In this document: piece after piece, positions 27,382-40,095 of the stretch
How the letters are laid out: each line of letters begins with the position of its first letter
Position numbering within the stretch: position 1 is the first letter of the stretch
NCBI GenBank assembly: GCA_963771175.1
Contig: CAVYSY010000031.1
Coordinates: forward strand, 223,437 to 287,436
DNA length: 64,000 nucleotides
Direction: 5' to 3'
DNA from: an uncultured delta proteobacterium
Lineage (GTDB): Bacteria; Myxococcota; Myxococcia; Myxococcales; Myxococcaceae
Position numbers and translations under genes: made by a program
The notes under the pieces: model-generated
What the model saw: the letters and a program-made list of their open reading frames with translations, nothing else
Database searches by the model: none
What the model was told of the DNA's origin: nothing

Positions 27382-28081
27382 ATGGCACGGATGGACTTGA
27401 TGGGCTGGGCACTCCTGCTGGCGCTTGCCGGTGCGGGGTTGAGCGAAGCGAAACCGGTGAAGTACGCGGGACTGCACCCGCGCACCGGTGAGCCCAATGG
27501 CGGGCTCTGCCACATCCAGGCGGTGCACGTGCACACCGCGGCGCCCATGCACGCGCAGGTCCTCTACCGGCTGCACGGCGACGTGTACTTCTTCATCGGC
27601 GACCCGGCGCCCTTCGGGTACGAGGGGCCGCGCCACTCGTATCTACGGGCACCACCCGGTGGTCATCAACGTCATCCTCGAGGAGGACACCGAGGAGGAC
27701 GACGTGGAGTACTGCTACCACGACGGGCCGCACTACCATTCCTACCCGCCGCCCCCGAGGCACGATTTCGAGGAGCAGGAGGACGTGTACTACTACGCGG
27801 GCGAGTACCCGGAGGAGTACAGGCGCGACAGCCCGAAGCTGGTGAAGGTGAACGTCCTCTACCGCCCGTGGAGCTACACGCTCCCGGTGGTGGTGAAGCT
27901 GCCGCCGCCCGAGTACCGCGGCCCGGTGCTGCAGGTGGAGGTGAACGTGCCAGCCGTGGGCGTCAAGGTGAAGGTGGAGCCGGTGCCGGTCCGCCACGAG
28001 GTGATCATCGTGGAGGAGCCTGAGCGTCCGAGGCACAAGCACGAGAAGCACAAGCACAAGAAGTTCAAGGACAGGGACTGA
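27382..28081 (+). CDS. Secreted His/Tyr-rich hypothetical protein, one frameshift near 27641
   Basis: GGAGGT RBS, signal peptide, two YxGxHP...C...HxH units, basic His/Lys tail. Confidence 0.65.
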
Positions 28082-28083
28082 GC

Positions 28084-28455
28084 ATGCGACGGAAGCTCTT
28101 GTGCCTGGGTCTACTGCTGCTGGCGGCATGCAGCAGCAGCCCCGAGGACGTCATCGACGCGTGGCGCAAGGCGGGCCAATCGCCGGGGGAGTTCAAGGAT
28201 GTGGGCGAGAAGCTGCCCGGCGGCAAGTGCTTCGCCGGCAAGGTCGCGGGCCTGGACGCCACGGTGTGCGAGTTCAAGGAGGCGGAGCAGGCCCGGAAGG
28301 CAGAGGATGCGGGCTGGGAGCTGGTGGGCAACACCGTCGGCTCCTCGCTGGCCTCGGGCAAGGTGCTGCTGGTCATCGCGGACCCGCGCAAGGAGGACCC
28401 GAGCGGGCGGCGGATCAACGAGGTCATCCAGACGTTCCGGCAGGAGACGCGCTAG
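28084..28455 (+). CDS. Hypothetical lipoprotein
   Basis: MRRKLLCLGLLLLAAC lipobox; starts 2 nt after the preceding stop. Confidence 0.75.
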   Translation: MRRKLLCLGLLLLAACSSSPEDVIDAWRKAGQSPGEFKDVGEKLPGGKCFAGKVAGLDATVCEFKEAEQARKAEDAGWELVGNTVGSSLASGKVLLVIADPRKEDPSGRRINEVIQTFRQETR

Positions 28456-28529
28456 GAACGCCTCCTCCAGGAAGCAGGGGGAGGCGAGTCGCCCACGGAC
28501 TTCGCCCCCCTGCTCGATGCCGCCGGGAG

Positions 28530-29658
28530 CTACCCGGCCACGCGCTTCGAGAACTCCCCCACCCCGAGGAACTGCTCGTAGATGCGGGCGATGCGCTCGC
28601 CGGTGCGCCCGTCCCACAGGTCCGGGATGCGGCCCCGCTTCCCCAGACCCTCGAGGATGCGGTCCGCGGCCTGCTGGATGCGGGCCGGGTCGGTGCCCAC
28701 CACGACGTTGGTGCCGATGTCGACGGTGATGGGACGCTCGGTGTTCTCGCGCACGGTGAGACAGGGAATGCCGAGCACCGTGGTCTCCTCCTGGAGGCCA
28801 CCGGAGTCGGTGAAGACGAGCCGGGCCTGGGAGGTGAGCGCAGAGGAACTCCAGGTAGCCCATGGGGTCCACCAGCCGCAGGCCCGGGGTGCGCTCCAGC
28901 GTGGCGCCGAGCCCCATTTCCGCGAGGCGCTTGCGGGTGCGCGGGTGGACGGGGAAGACGACGGGCAGCCGGTTGGCCACGTGGGCCAGCGCGGACAACA
29001 GCCCGCCGAACACCTTCGCGTCATCCACGTTGGAGGCGCGGTGCAGGGTGCAGACGGCGTAGCCGCGCGGCTCGAGGCCCAGGTCCTCGAGCGTGGAGAG
29101 CCGCAGGGCCTTGTCCCGGGCCGTCAGCAGCGAGTCGATCATCACGTTGCCCACGAGGCGGATGCGCTCCGGCTCCAGGCCCTCGCGGATGAGGTTGGCG
29201 TCCGCGTCGGCCGAGGGCGTCAGCAGCAGGTCCGAGATGCGATCCGTGAGGATGCGGTTGATCTCCTCGGGCGCGGTGCGTTCGAGGCTGCGCAGCCCCG
29301 CCTCCACGTGGGAGAGGGGGATGCCCATCTTCGCCGCCACGAGCGCGGCGGACAGGGTGCTGTTGACGTCCCCCACCACGGAGACGAGGTCCGGCTTCTC
29401 GCTGGAGAACACCTTCTCCAGCTCCAGCATCATCCTGGCCGTCTGCTCGGCGTGGCTGCCCGAGCCGATACCGAGGTGGACGTCCGGGGCGGGCATGCCC
29501 AGGTCGGTGAAGAAGACGTCGCTCATCTTCACGTCATAGTGTTGGCCGGTGTGCACCAGCCGCTGCGTGAGCACGCCGCGCTCGGAGATGGCCCGGTGGA
29601 TGGGTGCCACCTTCATGAAATTGGGACGCGCCCCGACGATATGGAGGACCTTCTTCAT
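28530..29658 (-). CDS. wecB: UDP-N-acetylglucosamine 2-epimerase (non-hydrolysing), one frameshift
   Basis: HIVGARPNFMK, VHTGQHYD, HVEAGLRS, TDSGGLQEET, TVRENTERP. Confidence 0.92.
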
Positions 29659-29753
29659 ATTGGGGGTGAAACTAGGCACGGGCCCGGTTGCGCCTAGGGG
29701 CTCAGGCCCTGGGGCGCATGGCAGCGTCGTGAATCTGATAGACAGCGCGCGTC

Positions 29754-30491
29754 ATGACCGCCCCCCGCACCGTCGCCGTCATCCCCGCCCGCTACGCCAG
29801 CACGCGCTTTCCCGGCAAGCCGCTGGCCCTCATCGCCGGCCGCCCGATGATTCAGCACGTGTGGACCCGCTGCCAGGAGGCGCGCGTCTTCGACGAGGTG
29901 CTGGTGGCCACGGACGACGTCCGCATCCAGGAGACGGTGGCGAGCTTCGGAGGCACGGCGGTGATGACGTCGCCGGATTGCGCCACGGGGACGGACCGGG
30001 TGGCCGAGGTGGCTCGGGCGCGCCCGGAGGTGGAGGTGTGGGTGAACGTGCAGGGGGACGAGCCGCTGGTGGACCCGGATTCACTGCGGGTGCTGGCGGG
30101 CCTCTTCGCGGACCCGGCCGTGCGGATGGGCACGCTGGTGCGCCCGCTGGAGACGGCCGAGGCGGACAGCCCCCACGTGGTGAAGGCGGTGCTGGCCCTG
30201 GATGGGGACGCGCTCTACTTCAGCCGCAGCACCGTGCCCTTCATCCGCGAGCCGGCCGAGGCGGGCGCGGTCCAGCGCTGGGCGCACCTGGGACTGTACG
30301 GCTACCGGCGCGAGACGCTGCTGCGACTGGCGGGCCTGAGCGCCACCCCGCTGGAGCAGGCGGAAAAGTTGGAGCAGCTACGAGCGCTGGAGCACGGCCT
30401 CCGCATCCGTTGCGGGAAGGTGGCGGGGCGCTCGGTGGCGGTGGACGTGCCCGAGGACGTGGCCCGGGTGGAGGCGGTGATGCGCGGCTGA
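29754..30491 (+). CDS. kdsB: 3-deoxy-manno-octulosonate cytidylyltransferase
   Basis: VIPARYASTRFPGKPL, GTDRVAE, NVQGDEP, LEQLRALE. Confidence 0.95.
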   Translation: MTAPRTVAVIPARYASTRFPGKPLALIAGRPMIQHVWTRCQEARVFDEVLVATDDVRIQETVASFGGTAVMTSPDCATGTDRVAEVARARPEVEVWVNVQGDEPLVDPDSLRVLAGLFADPAVRMGTLVRPLETAEADSPHVVKAVLALDGDALYFSRSTVPFIREPAEAGAVQRWAHLGLYGYRRETLLRLAGLSATPLEQAEKLEQLRALEHGLRIRCGKVAGRSVAVDVPEDVARVEAVMRG

Positions 30492-30553
30492 AGCCGCCGC
30501 CCCGCCATTCAGGTAGGCATGCGGCGCGACATGCCCCGGGTTAGTCTGCGCGC

Positions 30554-32335
30554 GTGTCCGACGCCCCCAAGAAGCCCGATGCCCCCCAGAAGCCGAAGTT
30601 CTCCCGCGTGACGTTCCGGCGCATCATGAGCCTCGCCCGTCCCCAGGCGCGCAGGCTCGTCGCCGGCACCGTCTTCCTGCTCATCGCCAGCGCCCTGGGT
30701 CTGGTGTACCCGAAGGTCATCGGCGACATCATCGACCAGGCGCTCAAGGCGGGGGACCGCGCCCGCATCGACAACATCGCCCTGACCATGGTGGCCGTGT
30801 TCCTGCTGCAGGGCCTGACCATGGCGATGCGCTTCTACCTCTTCACCACCGCGGGCGAGCGGGTGGTGACGCGACTGCGGCAGGAGCTCTTCGGCAGCCT
30901 CATGTCCCAGGACGTGGGCTTCTTCGACGAGCGACAAGACGGGCGAGCTCACCAACCGGCTCGCCTCGGACACCACGGTGCTGCAGAACACGGTGAGCGT
31001 GAACATCTCCATGGCCCTGCGCAACGCGGCGCAGGCGATGGGCGGCATCGCGCTGCTCTTCTACACCTCCCCGGTGCTCACCGGGCTGATGCTGGCCATC
31101 GTGCCCGTGGTGGCGGTGGGGGCCGTGACGTACGGCCGCAAGGTGCGCGGGCTCTCCAAGCAGACGCAGGACGCGCTCGCCGTCGCCAACGAGGTGGCCG
31201 AGGAGAGCCTCTCCGGCATCCGCACCGTGCGCTCCTTCGCCGCCGAGCGGCACGAGGTGGCCCGCTACGCCTCCGCCACCGAGCGCGCCTATGAGATTGC
31301 GCGCCACCGGGCGCGGCAGTCCTCCTTCTTCCTGGCCGGGGCCTCCTCCGCCGGCTACCTGGCCTCCGCGGTGGTGCTCTGGTACGGCGGCCGGCTGGTG
31401 CTGGATGGCAAGATGACGGTGGGCAACCTCACCTCCTTCCTCATCTACTCGCTCATGGTGGCCATCGCGCTGGGGGCCCTGGCGGACCTCTGGGCGGACT
31501 TCATGCGCGCCTCGGGCGCCGCCGAGCGCGTCTTCGAGCTCATCGACCGCAAGCCCGCCATCCCCGCCTCGGGCGGCGAGCGCCTGCCGTCCGTCCAGGG
31601 CCGCGTCGACTTCCAGGAGGTGCGCTTCGCCTACCCCACGCGCCAGGACGTGCCGGTGCTGCAGGGCATCGACCTGCAGCTCGCCCCGGGCGAGGTGGTG
31701 GCCATCGTCGGCCCCTCGGGCGCGGGCAAGTCCACCATCGCCGGCCTGCTGGCGCGCATGTATGACCCGCAGGGCGGGCGCGTGCTGCTGGACGGCAAGC
31801 CGCTGACGCGCGCTCGACCCCGAGTGGCTGCGGCAGCAGATTGGCACGGTGGCGCAGGAGCCGATGCTCTTCGCCGCCTCCATCGCGGACAACATCCGCT
31901 ACGGCCGCATGGACGCCACGCGACGCCGAGGTGGAGGCCGCCGCGCGCGCCGCCAACGCGCACGAGTTCATCTCCCGCTTCCCCGAGGGCTACCGCACCC
32001 TGGTGGGCGAGCGCGGCGTGCAGCTCTCCGGCGGCCAGAAGCAGCGCATCGCCATCGCCCGGGCCGTGCTCAAGGACCCGCGCCTGCTGGTGCTGGACGA
32101 GGCCACCAGCGCGCTCGACGCGGAGAGCGAGCACCTGGTGCAGGAGGCCCTGGAGCGGCTGATGGAGGGCCGCACCACGCTCATCATCGCCCACCGCCTG
32201 TCCACGGTGATCGGCGCGGACCGCGTGCTGGTGCTGGAGGGCGGCAAGGTGGTGCAGAGCGGCAACCACGCCGCGCTCATGGACCAGGACGGCCTCTACC
32301 GCCGGCTGGTGGAGCGCCAGTTCGTGGCGGCCTGA
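30554..32335 (+). CDS. ABC exporter with fused TMD-NBD (MsbA/ABCB-like), frameshifted
   Basis: TM domain, Walker [41 protein letters not shown]. Confidence 0.9.
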
Positions 32336-32435
32336 GGAGCGCTCGCCCGGCCGCCTGCTCTCCAGGCGGTCCCACCGTGTGTGCCCGCGGCAGTGGCGCG
32401 GTGGAAATGCCGTCATTACTTAAGCGCCCGCAGAC

Positions 32436-32598
32436 GAAAGGAGGTGATGCCTTGACCGATAGCATGAGTCAGGCGTCCACCTCCGCTGGGATGGCGCGCT
32501 GAAGAAGCCACCGTCCGGCGGGGAGTGACGCCGAAGAGTGCGGGCCCGCCCGTCCTACGCACCCCAGAGCGGGGCCGTGGGGCGGGCGGGTCTTTTTT
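32436..32598 (+). ncRNA. Candidate structured RNA or small-peptide gene with a sequestered Shine-Dalgarno
   Basis: GAAAGGAGGTGA at 32436 pairs with CACCTCC ending at 32484 in a long hairpin; 16-codon ORF 32452-32502; strong terminator 32543-32598. Confidence 0.5.
32543..32598 (+). terminator. Rho-independent terminator
   Basis: ggcccgcccgtcctacg pairs with cgtggggcgggcgggtc (17 bp including G-U), followed by T6. Confidence 0.8.
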
Positions 32599-32682
32599 GC
32601 CCACCCTCGGGAATGCACGCGCGACATCCCTGTTTCAGCCGCCGGGGGAAAAAGGCCCGTTCATCCGCCGGAGGCCCTGACC

Positions 32683-32916
32683 TTGTCCATCACACCTTGC
32701 CCCAGCCCTCTGCCCTCCGCCCTGCGTGACGAGTCGGCGGTGGACTCCCAGCGCAACCTGTTCTGCTTCAACTATGACGCCTGCCTGCACCTCGCGGTGA
32801 AGCGCGGGTGGGAGGGTTGGAGCTGCCGGCACTGCCCGTTGCGCGACCAGCGCGCCAGCGAGCCAAGGGCCCGCGACTACGCCGAGTCCCGCCCCCGGAG
32901 CCAGGGTCAGGACTGA
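32683..32916 (+). CDS. Small 4-Cys (putative metal-binding) hypothetical protein
   Basis: GGAGG RBS and TTG start; RNLFC-x5-CL...WEGWSCRHC. Confidence 0.65.
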   Translation: MSITPCPSPLPSALRDESAVDSQRNLFCFNYDACLHLAVKRGWEGWSCRHCPLRDQRASEPRARDYAESRPRSQGQD

Positions 32917-32980
32917 GATCCCTCCCTTGCTGGACTTCCGGGACCAGGCAACCGTCCAGCCGCGCTGGAAGAATCATTGA

Positions 32981-34636
<1,656 letters not shown>

Positions 34637-34640
<4 letters not shown>

Positions 34641-35471
34641 GCACCCCGAGCATCAACCTCTGCGGCTACAAGGTCGGCCCGGGGCAGAAGCTCTTCGTCA
34701 TCGCCGGCCCGGACAGCATCGAGTCCGAGGAGATGGCGCTGCGGCACGCCAGGCTCCTCAAGGAGATGACGTCGCGGCTGGGCGTGCCCTACGCCTTCAA
34801 GTGCTCCTACGACAAGGCCAACCGCACCAGCGGCAAGTCCTTCCGGGGCCCCGGCCTGAAGGAAGGCCTGCGCATCCTCGACCGCATCAAGCGCGAGGTG
34901 GGCGTGCCCGTCCTCACGGACGTCCACGAGACGAGCCACGTGGGCCCCGCCGCCGAGGTGGTGGACATCATCCAGATTCCCGCCTTCCTCTGCCGCCAGA
35001 CGGACCTGGTGGAGGCGGTGGCGCGCACCGGCAAGGGCGTCAACCTGAAGAAGGGCCAGTTCGTGGCGCCCAAGGACATCGTCCACTCGGCGCGCAAGGC
35101 CGTGGAGGCGGGCAACCCCAACGTGCTCGTCACCGAGCGCGGCGCCACCTTCGGCTACAACAACCTCGTGGTGGACATGCGCGGCTTCCTGCAGATGCGC
35201 GAGGCCGGGCTCGTCGTGTGCTTCGACGCCACCCACTCCGTGCAGCTGCCCCTCGGCCGGCAATGGGGAGACGGCCGGTGAGCGCAAGTTCGTGTCGCTG
35301 CTCGCGCGCTCCGCCGCCGCCGCTGGAATAGACGCACTCTTCACGGAAGTGCATGAGGACCCGGATCGTGCCCTGTGTGACGGTCCGTGCTCGCTCTCAC
35401 CCCAGATGTTCGAGGACGTGCTAGGTCAGGTGTTGGCCATCCGGCGTGCGTTGGGGCACGAGCCGGCATAG
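34637..35471 (+). CDS. kdsA: KDO 8-phosphate synthase, frameshift near 35255
   Basis: [57 protein letters not shown] overlap with pyrG. Confidence 0.95.
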
Positions 35472-35523
35472 TTCGCGGTCGAAGTGAATCGAAGTCGTGG
35501 GAGGGGAATCCCAGGGGCACGAC

Positions 35524-36102
35524 ATGACGGAGCTGCCGCCCAAACCGAGCAAGGACGAGCTGACCGAGCGCGCATCGCGCGTGCGGCTGCTCGTCTTCGA
35601 CGTGGACGGTGTGCTCACGGATGGAGGCCTCTTCTACGGCGATGGCGGCGAGGTGATGAAGCGCTTCGACGTCAAGGACGGCCACGGGCTGGTGATGGCG
35701 AAGGTGGCGGGCCTGCGCACCGCCATCCTCACCGCGCGCAGCTCGTCCATCGTCGAGGTGCGGGGCCGCGAGCTGGGCCTCTCCGCCGTATTCCAGGGTC
35801 GCAAGAACAAGGCGGCGGGCTTTCGCGAGCTGCTCGCCCAGTTGGAGGCATCCCCCGAGGAGTGTGCCTATATGGGGGACGACCTCAACGACCTGGGCCC
35901 GCTGAGCCAGGCGGGGCTGTCGGCATGCCCGTCGGATGCAGCGCCCGAGGTGCGTCAGGAAGTCCATTACGTCGCTCGGAACCGGGGTGGTCACGGCGCC
36001 GCGCGCGAATTGGTGGAGCTGTGCTTGAAGGCATCGGGACGGTGGGAGGCCACCGTTCGACACATCAGGGACCCTGATGCCCTACAAGCTGTCAAGTTGT
36101 GA
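35524..36102 (+). CDS. kdsC: KDO 8-phosphate phosphatase (HAD family)
   Basis: FDVDGVLTDG, FDVKDGHG, YMGDDLND, GGHGAARE. Confidence 0.92.
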   Translation: MTELPPKPSKDELTERASRVRLLVFDVDGVLTDGGLFYGDGGEVMKRFDVKDGHGLVMAKVAGLRTAILTARSSSIVEVRGRELGLSAVFQGRKNKAAGFRELLAQLEASPEECAYMGDDLNDLGPLSQAGLSACPSDAAPEVRQEVHYVARNRGGHGAARELVELCLKASGRWEATVRHIRDPDALQAVKL

Positions 36103-36183
36103 AATCAAAGAATTTTCGCTTCCCGCTTAGGTGTCTTATCCTATGAAGGCCGGAAGCCAGCGAGCAGTAGTAAGGGGAGTTCG

Positions 36184-36778
36184 ATGACGGATCAGCTCTA
36201 CACGACCCACGACATCAGCCGGTTGCTCCAGGTGGACCCGTCCACGGTGAGCAAGTGGATCGACCGAGGCATCCTGATGGCGTTCCGGACGCCAGGTGGT
36301 CACCGGCGCGTGCGCTCGGCGGACCTGCGGACGTTCCTCATCACCCACCAGATGCCGGTGCCCGAGGAGCTGGGCAGCAGCACCGTGCGGCTGCTGGTGG
36401 TGGATGACGAGCGGCAGGTGCTCGACGCCATCAAGCGCGCCTTCAAGCCCTACGCCAACCAGGTGGAGCTGCAGACGACCACCAGCGGCGTCGAGGCGCT
36501 GCTGCTGGTGAGCGAGCAGAAGCCGCACGGCATGCTCATCGACCTGAACATGCCGGACATCGACGGTCTCGAGGTGTGCCGCCGCATCCGCGCGCGCAAG
36601 CAGATGGAGGGCGTGCGGCTCATCACCATGACCTCCGCCCACTCGCCCGAGGTGGTGGAGCAGCTCCAAGCAGGCCGGCGCCGTGGCGTGCCTGCCCAAG
36701 CCGCTGGACGTGCAGCAGGTGCTCGAGCTGTTCCGCGTGCCGCTGGCGCTCGGGGCGGCCCCCGCCGTCAAGCGCTAG
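36184..36778 (+). CDS. Response regulator with N-terminal excisionase/MerR-type HTH and C-terminal receiver, frameshift near 36665
   Basis: YTTHDISRLLQVDPSTVSKWIDRG...RTPGGHRR, then LLVVDDE, IDLNMPDIDG and CLPKPLD. Confidence 0.88.
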
Positions 36779-36937
36779 CGCGCGGGTACGACGAGAGCGG
36801 CGAGGCGTCTCCACGGGGCCATGTTCCAGGGCCCCGAGAGATGGCGCATCGCCGCTCGTGTCTTTCGTGTCGCCCGAAAACGAACGGGACGAGCCCCTCT
36901 TCAGGAGCCCGTCCCGCCCGGTGCGACGTGTCACCGC

Positions 36938-37387
36938 TCAGCTATTGACCTTCACCTCGACGACGCGGGGGCGGGACTCCTCGCGGCGCGGTACCGTCAG
37001 GGTGAGCACGCCGTTCTCGTAGCGGGCCTCCACCTTGGACGCATCCACCGTGCGCGGTAGCACGAAGGAGCGGGCGTACACGCCGAAGCTGCGCTCCAGC
37101 CTCCGCGCGCCCTCCTTGTCCGGGCGCTCCGCCTTGCGCGCCGACTTGAGGGTGAGGGTGTCGTTCTCCACCTTCACCTCGATGGACTTCGGGTCATGCC
37201 CCGGCAGGTCCACCAGCAGGGTGATGCCCTCGGCCGTCTCGTAGACGTCGGCGGCCGGGATGAACTCGCGCGAGCCGCCCGGGCGCACGCCCATCTCACG
37301 GAAGAGCTGGTCGAACTCCCTCGCCATCAGGGGGCCCAGCGCCACGGCACCATTGCTCGTCTCGAACGGGTTCCAACGATTCTGCAT
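36938..37387 (-). CDS. Small heat-shock protein (Hsp20)
   Basis: PAADVYET, VDLPG, ERSFGVYARSFVLP, ARYENGVLTLTVP. Confidence 0.92.
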   Translation of the reverse strand: MQNRWNPFETSNGAVALGPLMAREFDQLFREMGVRPGGSREFIPAADVYETAEGITLLVDLPGHDPKSIEVKVENDTLTLKSARKAERPDKEGARRLERSFGVYARSFVLPRTVDASKVEARYENGVLTLTVPRREESRPRVVEVKVNS

Positions 37388-37595
37388 GGTCGTCTCCTGT
37401 TCGCGTCGCACTCCTCGCGGAGCAGCGGCGCGCTGGCTGTATTGAAACTGTTTGGTTGTCTACCCGCGCCGAGCCCTCTCGCTCCGGGGCCCGGCGCCTC
37501 TCACAGGTTCAAGAGAACCATGCTTCGGGACGTGTCAAGGCGACCCCGTCGCGGGCCATTCCCGTGCTCGTCCGCGAAGGGCCGCATCAGGGCGC

Positions 37596-37946
37596 TCATC
37601 CCTGCTCGGGGGCCTGCCAGGCGAGCAAGGGCCGCTCGCCCGCCTCGCCCGCACGCCACCGCACCACCCGCGGGCACAGGCCGCCCACGTCCATGCCCTC
37701 ACAGCTGGGAGGGAGTTGCTCGAGCCGCTCCAGCGCGCGGGAGAAGAGTATCCACGCCCCCCGGGCGTTGCCCGCGTCCCGCTTCAGCCAGCCCGCCGCC
37801 ACGAGGATGAGGCCCTGGAGGAGCAGCCGGCGTGCGCCGCGCTCGTGCAACCACGCCTCTTCCCAGACCTCGTGCGCCTCGTAGAAGCGCCCGGAGTTGA
37901 AAAGCGCCACCCCTTCGGCCAGGCAGGTCTCGAATCCACGTGGCAT
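37596..37946 (-). CDS. DUF309-family protein
   Basis: GVALFNSGRFYEAHEVWEEAW...LLQGLI. Confidence 0.85.
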   Translation of the reverse strand: MPRGFETCLAEGVALFNSGRFYEAHEVWEEAWLHERGARRLLLQGLILVAAGWLKRDAGNARGAWILFSRALERLEQLPPSCEGMDVGGLCPRVVRWRAGEAGERPLLAWQAPEQG

Positions 37947-37987
37947 CGAACGCGACTCCGGGCTTCTTCCTTCGTAGACTGGCGACC

Positions 37988-38829
37988 ATGGCCGCACCTC
38001 GCAACCGTATTGGAGAAGTCCTCGTCAAGGCCCGCGTCATCGATGAGATGCAACTGCGCAGCGCCCTCGCCCAGCATGACCAGTGGGGCGGGCGCCTGAC
38101 GCGCATCATCAGCGACATGGGCATCGTCACCGAGGACGCCATGACCCAGGCCATCAGCCAGGGCATGGGCGTGCAGCGTGTTCAGTTGGGCAACATCCAA
38201 AAGGACGCGGGCGCCCTCGCCAAGCTGGATGTCGGCTTCGCCGAGCAGAAGGGCGTCTTCCCCGTGGGCCTGCGCGACAACGGCAAGACGCTCGTGCTCG
38301 CGATGGCGGACCCGTCCGACCTGCAGAGCATCGATCAGGTGGCCGCGCGCAGCCGCACGCGCGTCATCCCCATGGTGGCGGGTGACCGGGAGATCGAGCA
38401 CGCCATCCTGCGCCACTACCGGAACCAGGAGCCGAACGTCACCCACTCGGCCCACTCCTCGCGAAGGGAGAGCGCGGGTCAGGCCGACGCGGATGAGTTC
38501 AAGATCGTCGACATCAGCGGCAAGACGGTGATGAAGGCCATCTCCGACATCTCCCCGCGCCTGGCCGAGCAGAACGCCCGGGAGCAGGCCGCCGCGCCGC
38601 GGCCTCGCGACCCAGTGGTGGAGGCTCGAGCGCCGCGGACCTGCTCGATGAGATCCTCAGCACCTCGCCGTCCCCGGCCGCGGTGTTCTCCCCCGAGGAG
38701 ATGCAGCGGCTGGAAGCGGTGCAGGTCAATCAGGAGAAGAGCTCGAAGATCCTCCGCGCCCTGCTTCAGCTTCTGCTGGAGAAGGGCATGCTCCAGCAGA
38801 AGGAGTTGGCGGCGCGGATGCGCACCTGA
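37988..38829 (+). CDS. MshEN / GspE-N-domain protein without an ATPase, frameshift near 38615
   Basis: RIGEVLVKARVIDEMQLRSALAQH...RLTRIISDMG, LVLAMADPSDL, and a C-terminal RALLQLLLEKGML. Confidence 0.8.
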
Positions 38830-38835
38830 GCCGCC

Positions 38836-40037
38836 CTACCCCAGCACCTCCTGGAGCTCGCGCGCGCTGAGCCCCAGGAGGTAGAGGATGGCGTCCAGGC
38901 CGCCGGCGGAGATGGAGGTGTCGGCCGCCTCGCGCAGCTTGGGCTTGGCGCGGAAGGCGATGCCCAGGCCCGCGCGCTCCAGCATCAGCAGGTCGTTGGC
39001 GCCGTCGCCCACCGCGATGACCTGGTCGAGGAGGATGCCCTCCGACTGCGCGATGCTCTCCAGCAGCTCCGCCTTGCGCTGCGCGTTGACGATGGGCCCC
39101 AGCGCGCGGCCGGTGAGCTTGCCGTCCCGCACCTCCAGCACGTTGGAGTAGGCGTAGTCGATGCCCAGCCGGCGCCTTGAGCGCCTCGGCCGCCACGGAG
39201 AAGCCGCCGCTGATGACGGCGGTGCGGTAGCCCAGCCGCTTGAGCACGCGGATGAGCGTCTCGGCGCCCTCGGTGAGCGGCAGGTTGGCGGCGATGTCCG
39301 CGCAGCACCGTCGCGTCCAGCCCCTCCAGCAGCGCCACGCGCTGGCGCAGGGACTCGTCGTAGTCCATCTCGCCCTGCATGGCGCGCTCGGTGATGCGCG
39401 CCACCTGCTCGCCTACCCCGTCCGCGCGCGCCAGCTCGTCGATGACCTCGATGCGGATGAGCGTGGAGTCCATGTCCATCACCACCAGCCGCTTGCCGCG
39501 CCGGTAGAGGCTCTCGCGCTGCAGCGCCACGTCGAAGGTGCTGGAGGCCATGGCCAGCTCCAGCAGCGAGCGCTTGAGCTCCTCGGGGTCGCGCTCCGGC
39601 GACAGGGAAATGCGGATCTCGACGGAGCCGAGTTCCGCTCGGACAGGCGGTCGATGCGCTCGATGTTGGCCCCATGCGCGCGCCAGACGCTCGGCCACGG
39701 CGTGCAGCTCGCGCGCGCCCAGGGCGCGCCCCACAGCGGTGACGACATGGCGGCTGAGGGCCGAAGCAGCGGCGGCCGGCGCATCCACCGGCTGGAAGTC
39801 CAGCGACACGCCCAGCTCCTGGGCCGCGAAGAGCAGCTCCTTGAGGACGCCGCGCGCCTCGGGCAGGCGCACCAGCAGGCACAGGGTGAGCTGGCCCTGC
39901 ACCACCACCTGCTCGATGTCGAGCAGCTCCGCGCCCACCTCGGCGAGGATGCCGGTCAGGCGCGCGGTGATGCCGGGCTGGTCCTTCCCGGTGACGGTGA
40001 CGAGGACGGTGTCCTGGGGGCTCTGGCTGTCGCTCAT
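38836..40037 (-). CDS. serB: Phosphoserine phosphatase with ACT domains, frameshifted
   Basis: VTVTGKDQPGI, MDMDSTLI, ISGGFS, AVGDGANDLLML. Confidence 0.92.
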
Positions 40038-40095
40038 GGCGGAGCGGATCTACCAGCCCGACCCGCCCGCCGCGAGCGCTCGTCACACCGGAGCG

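Noticed and set aside
32394..32410. sigma54 promoter for the structured RNA (TGGCGCGGTGGAAATGC)
   Set aside because: GG-to-GC spacing is 12 rather than the required 10; viable only if there are local indel errors.
36184..36330. Excisionase of a mobile element
   Set aside because: The HTH is fused to a receiver domain, and no integrase or att sites are nearby.
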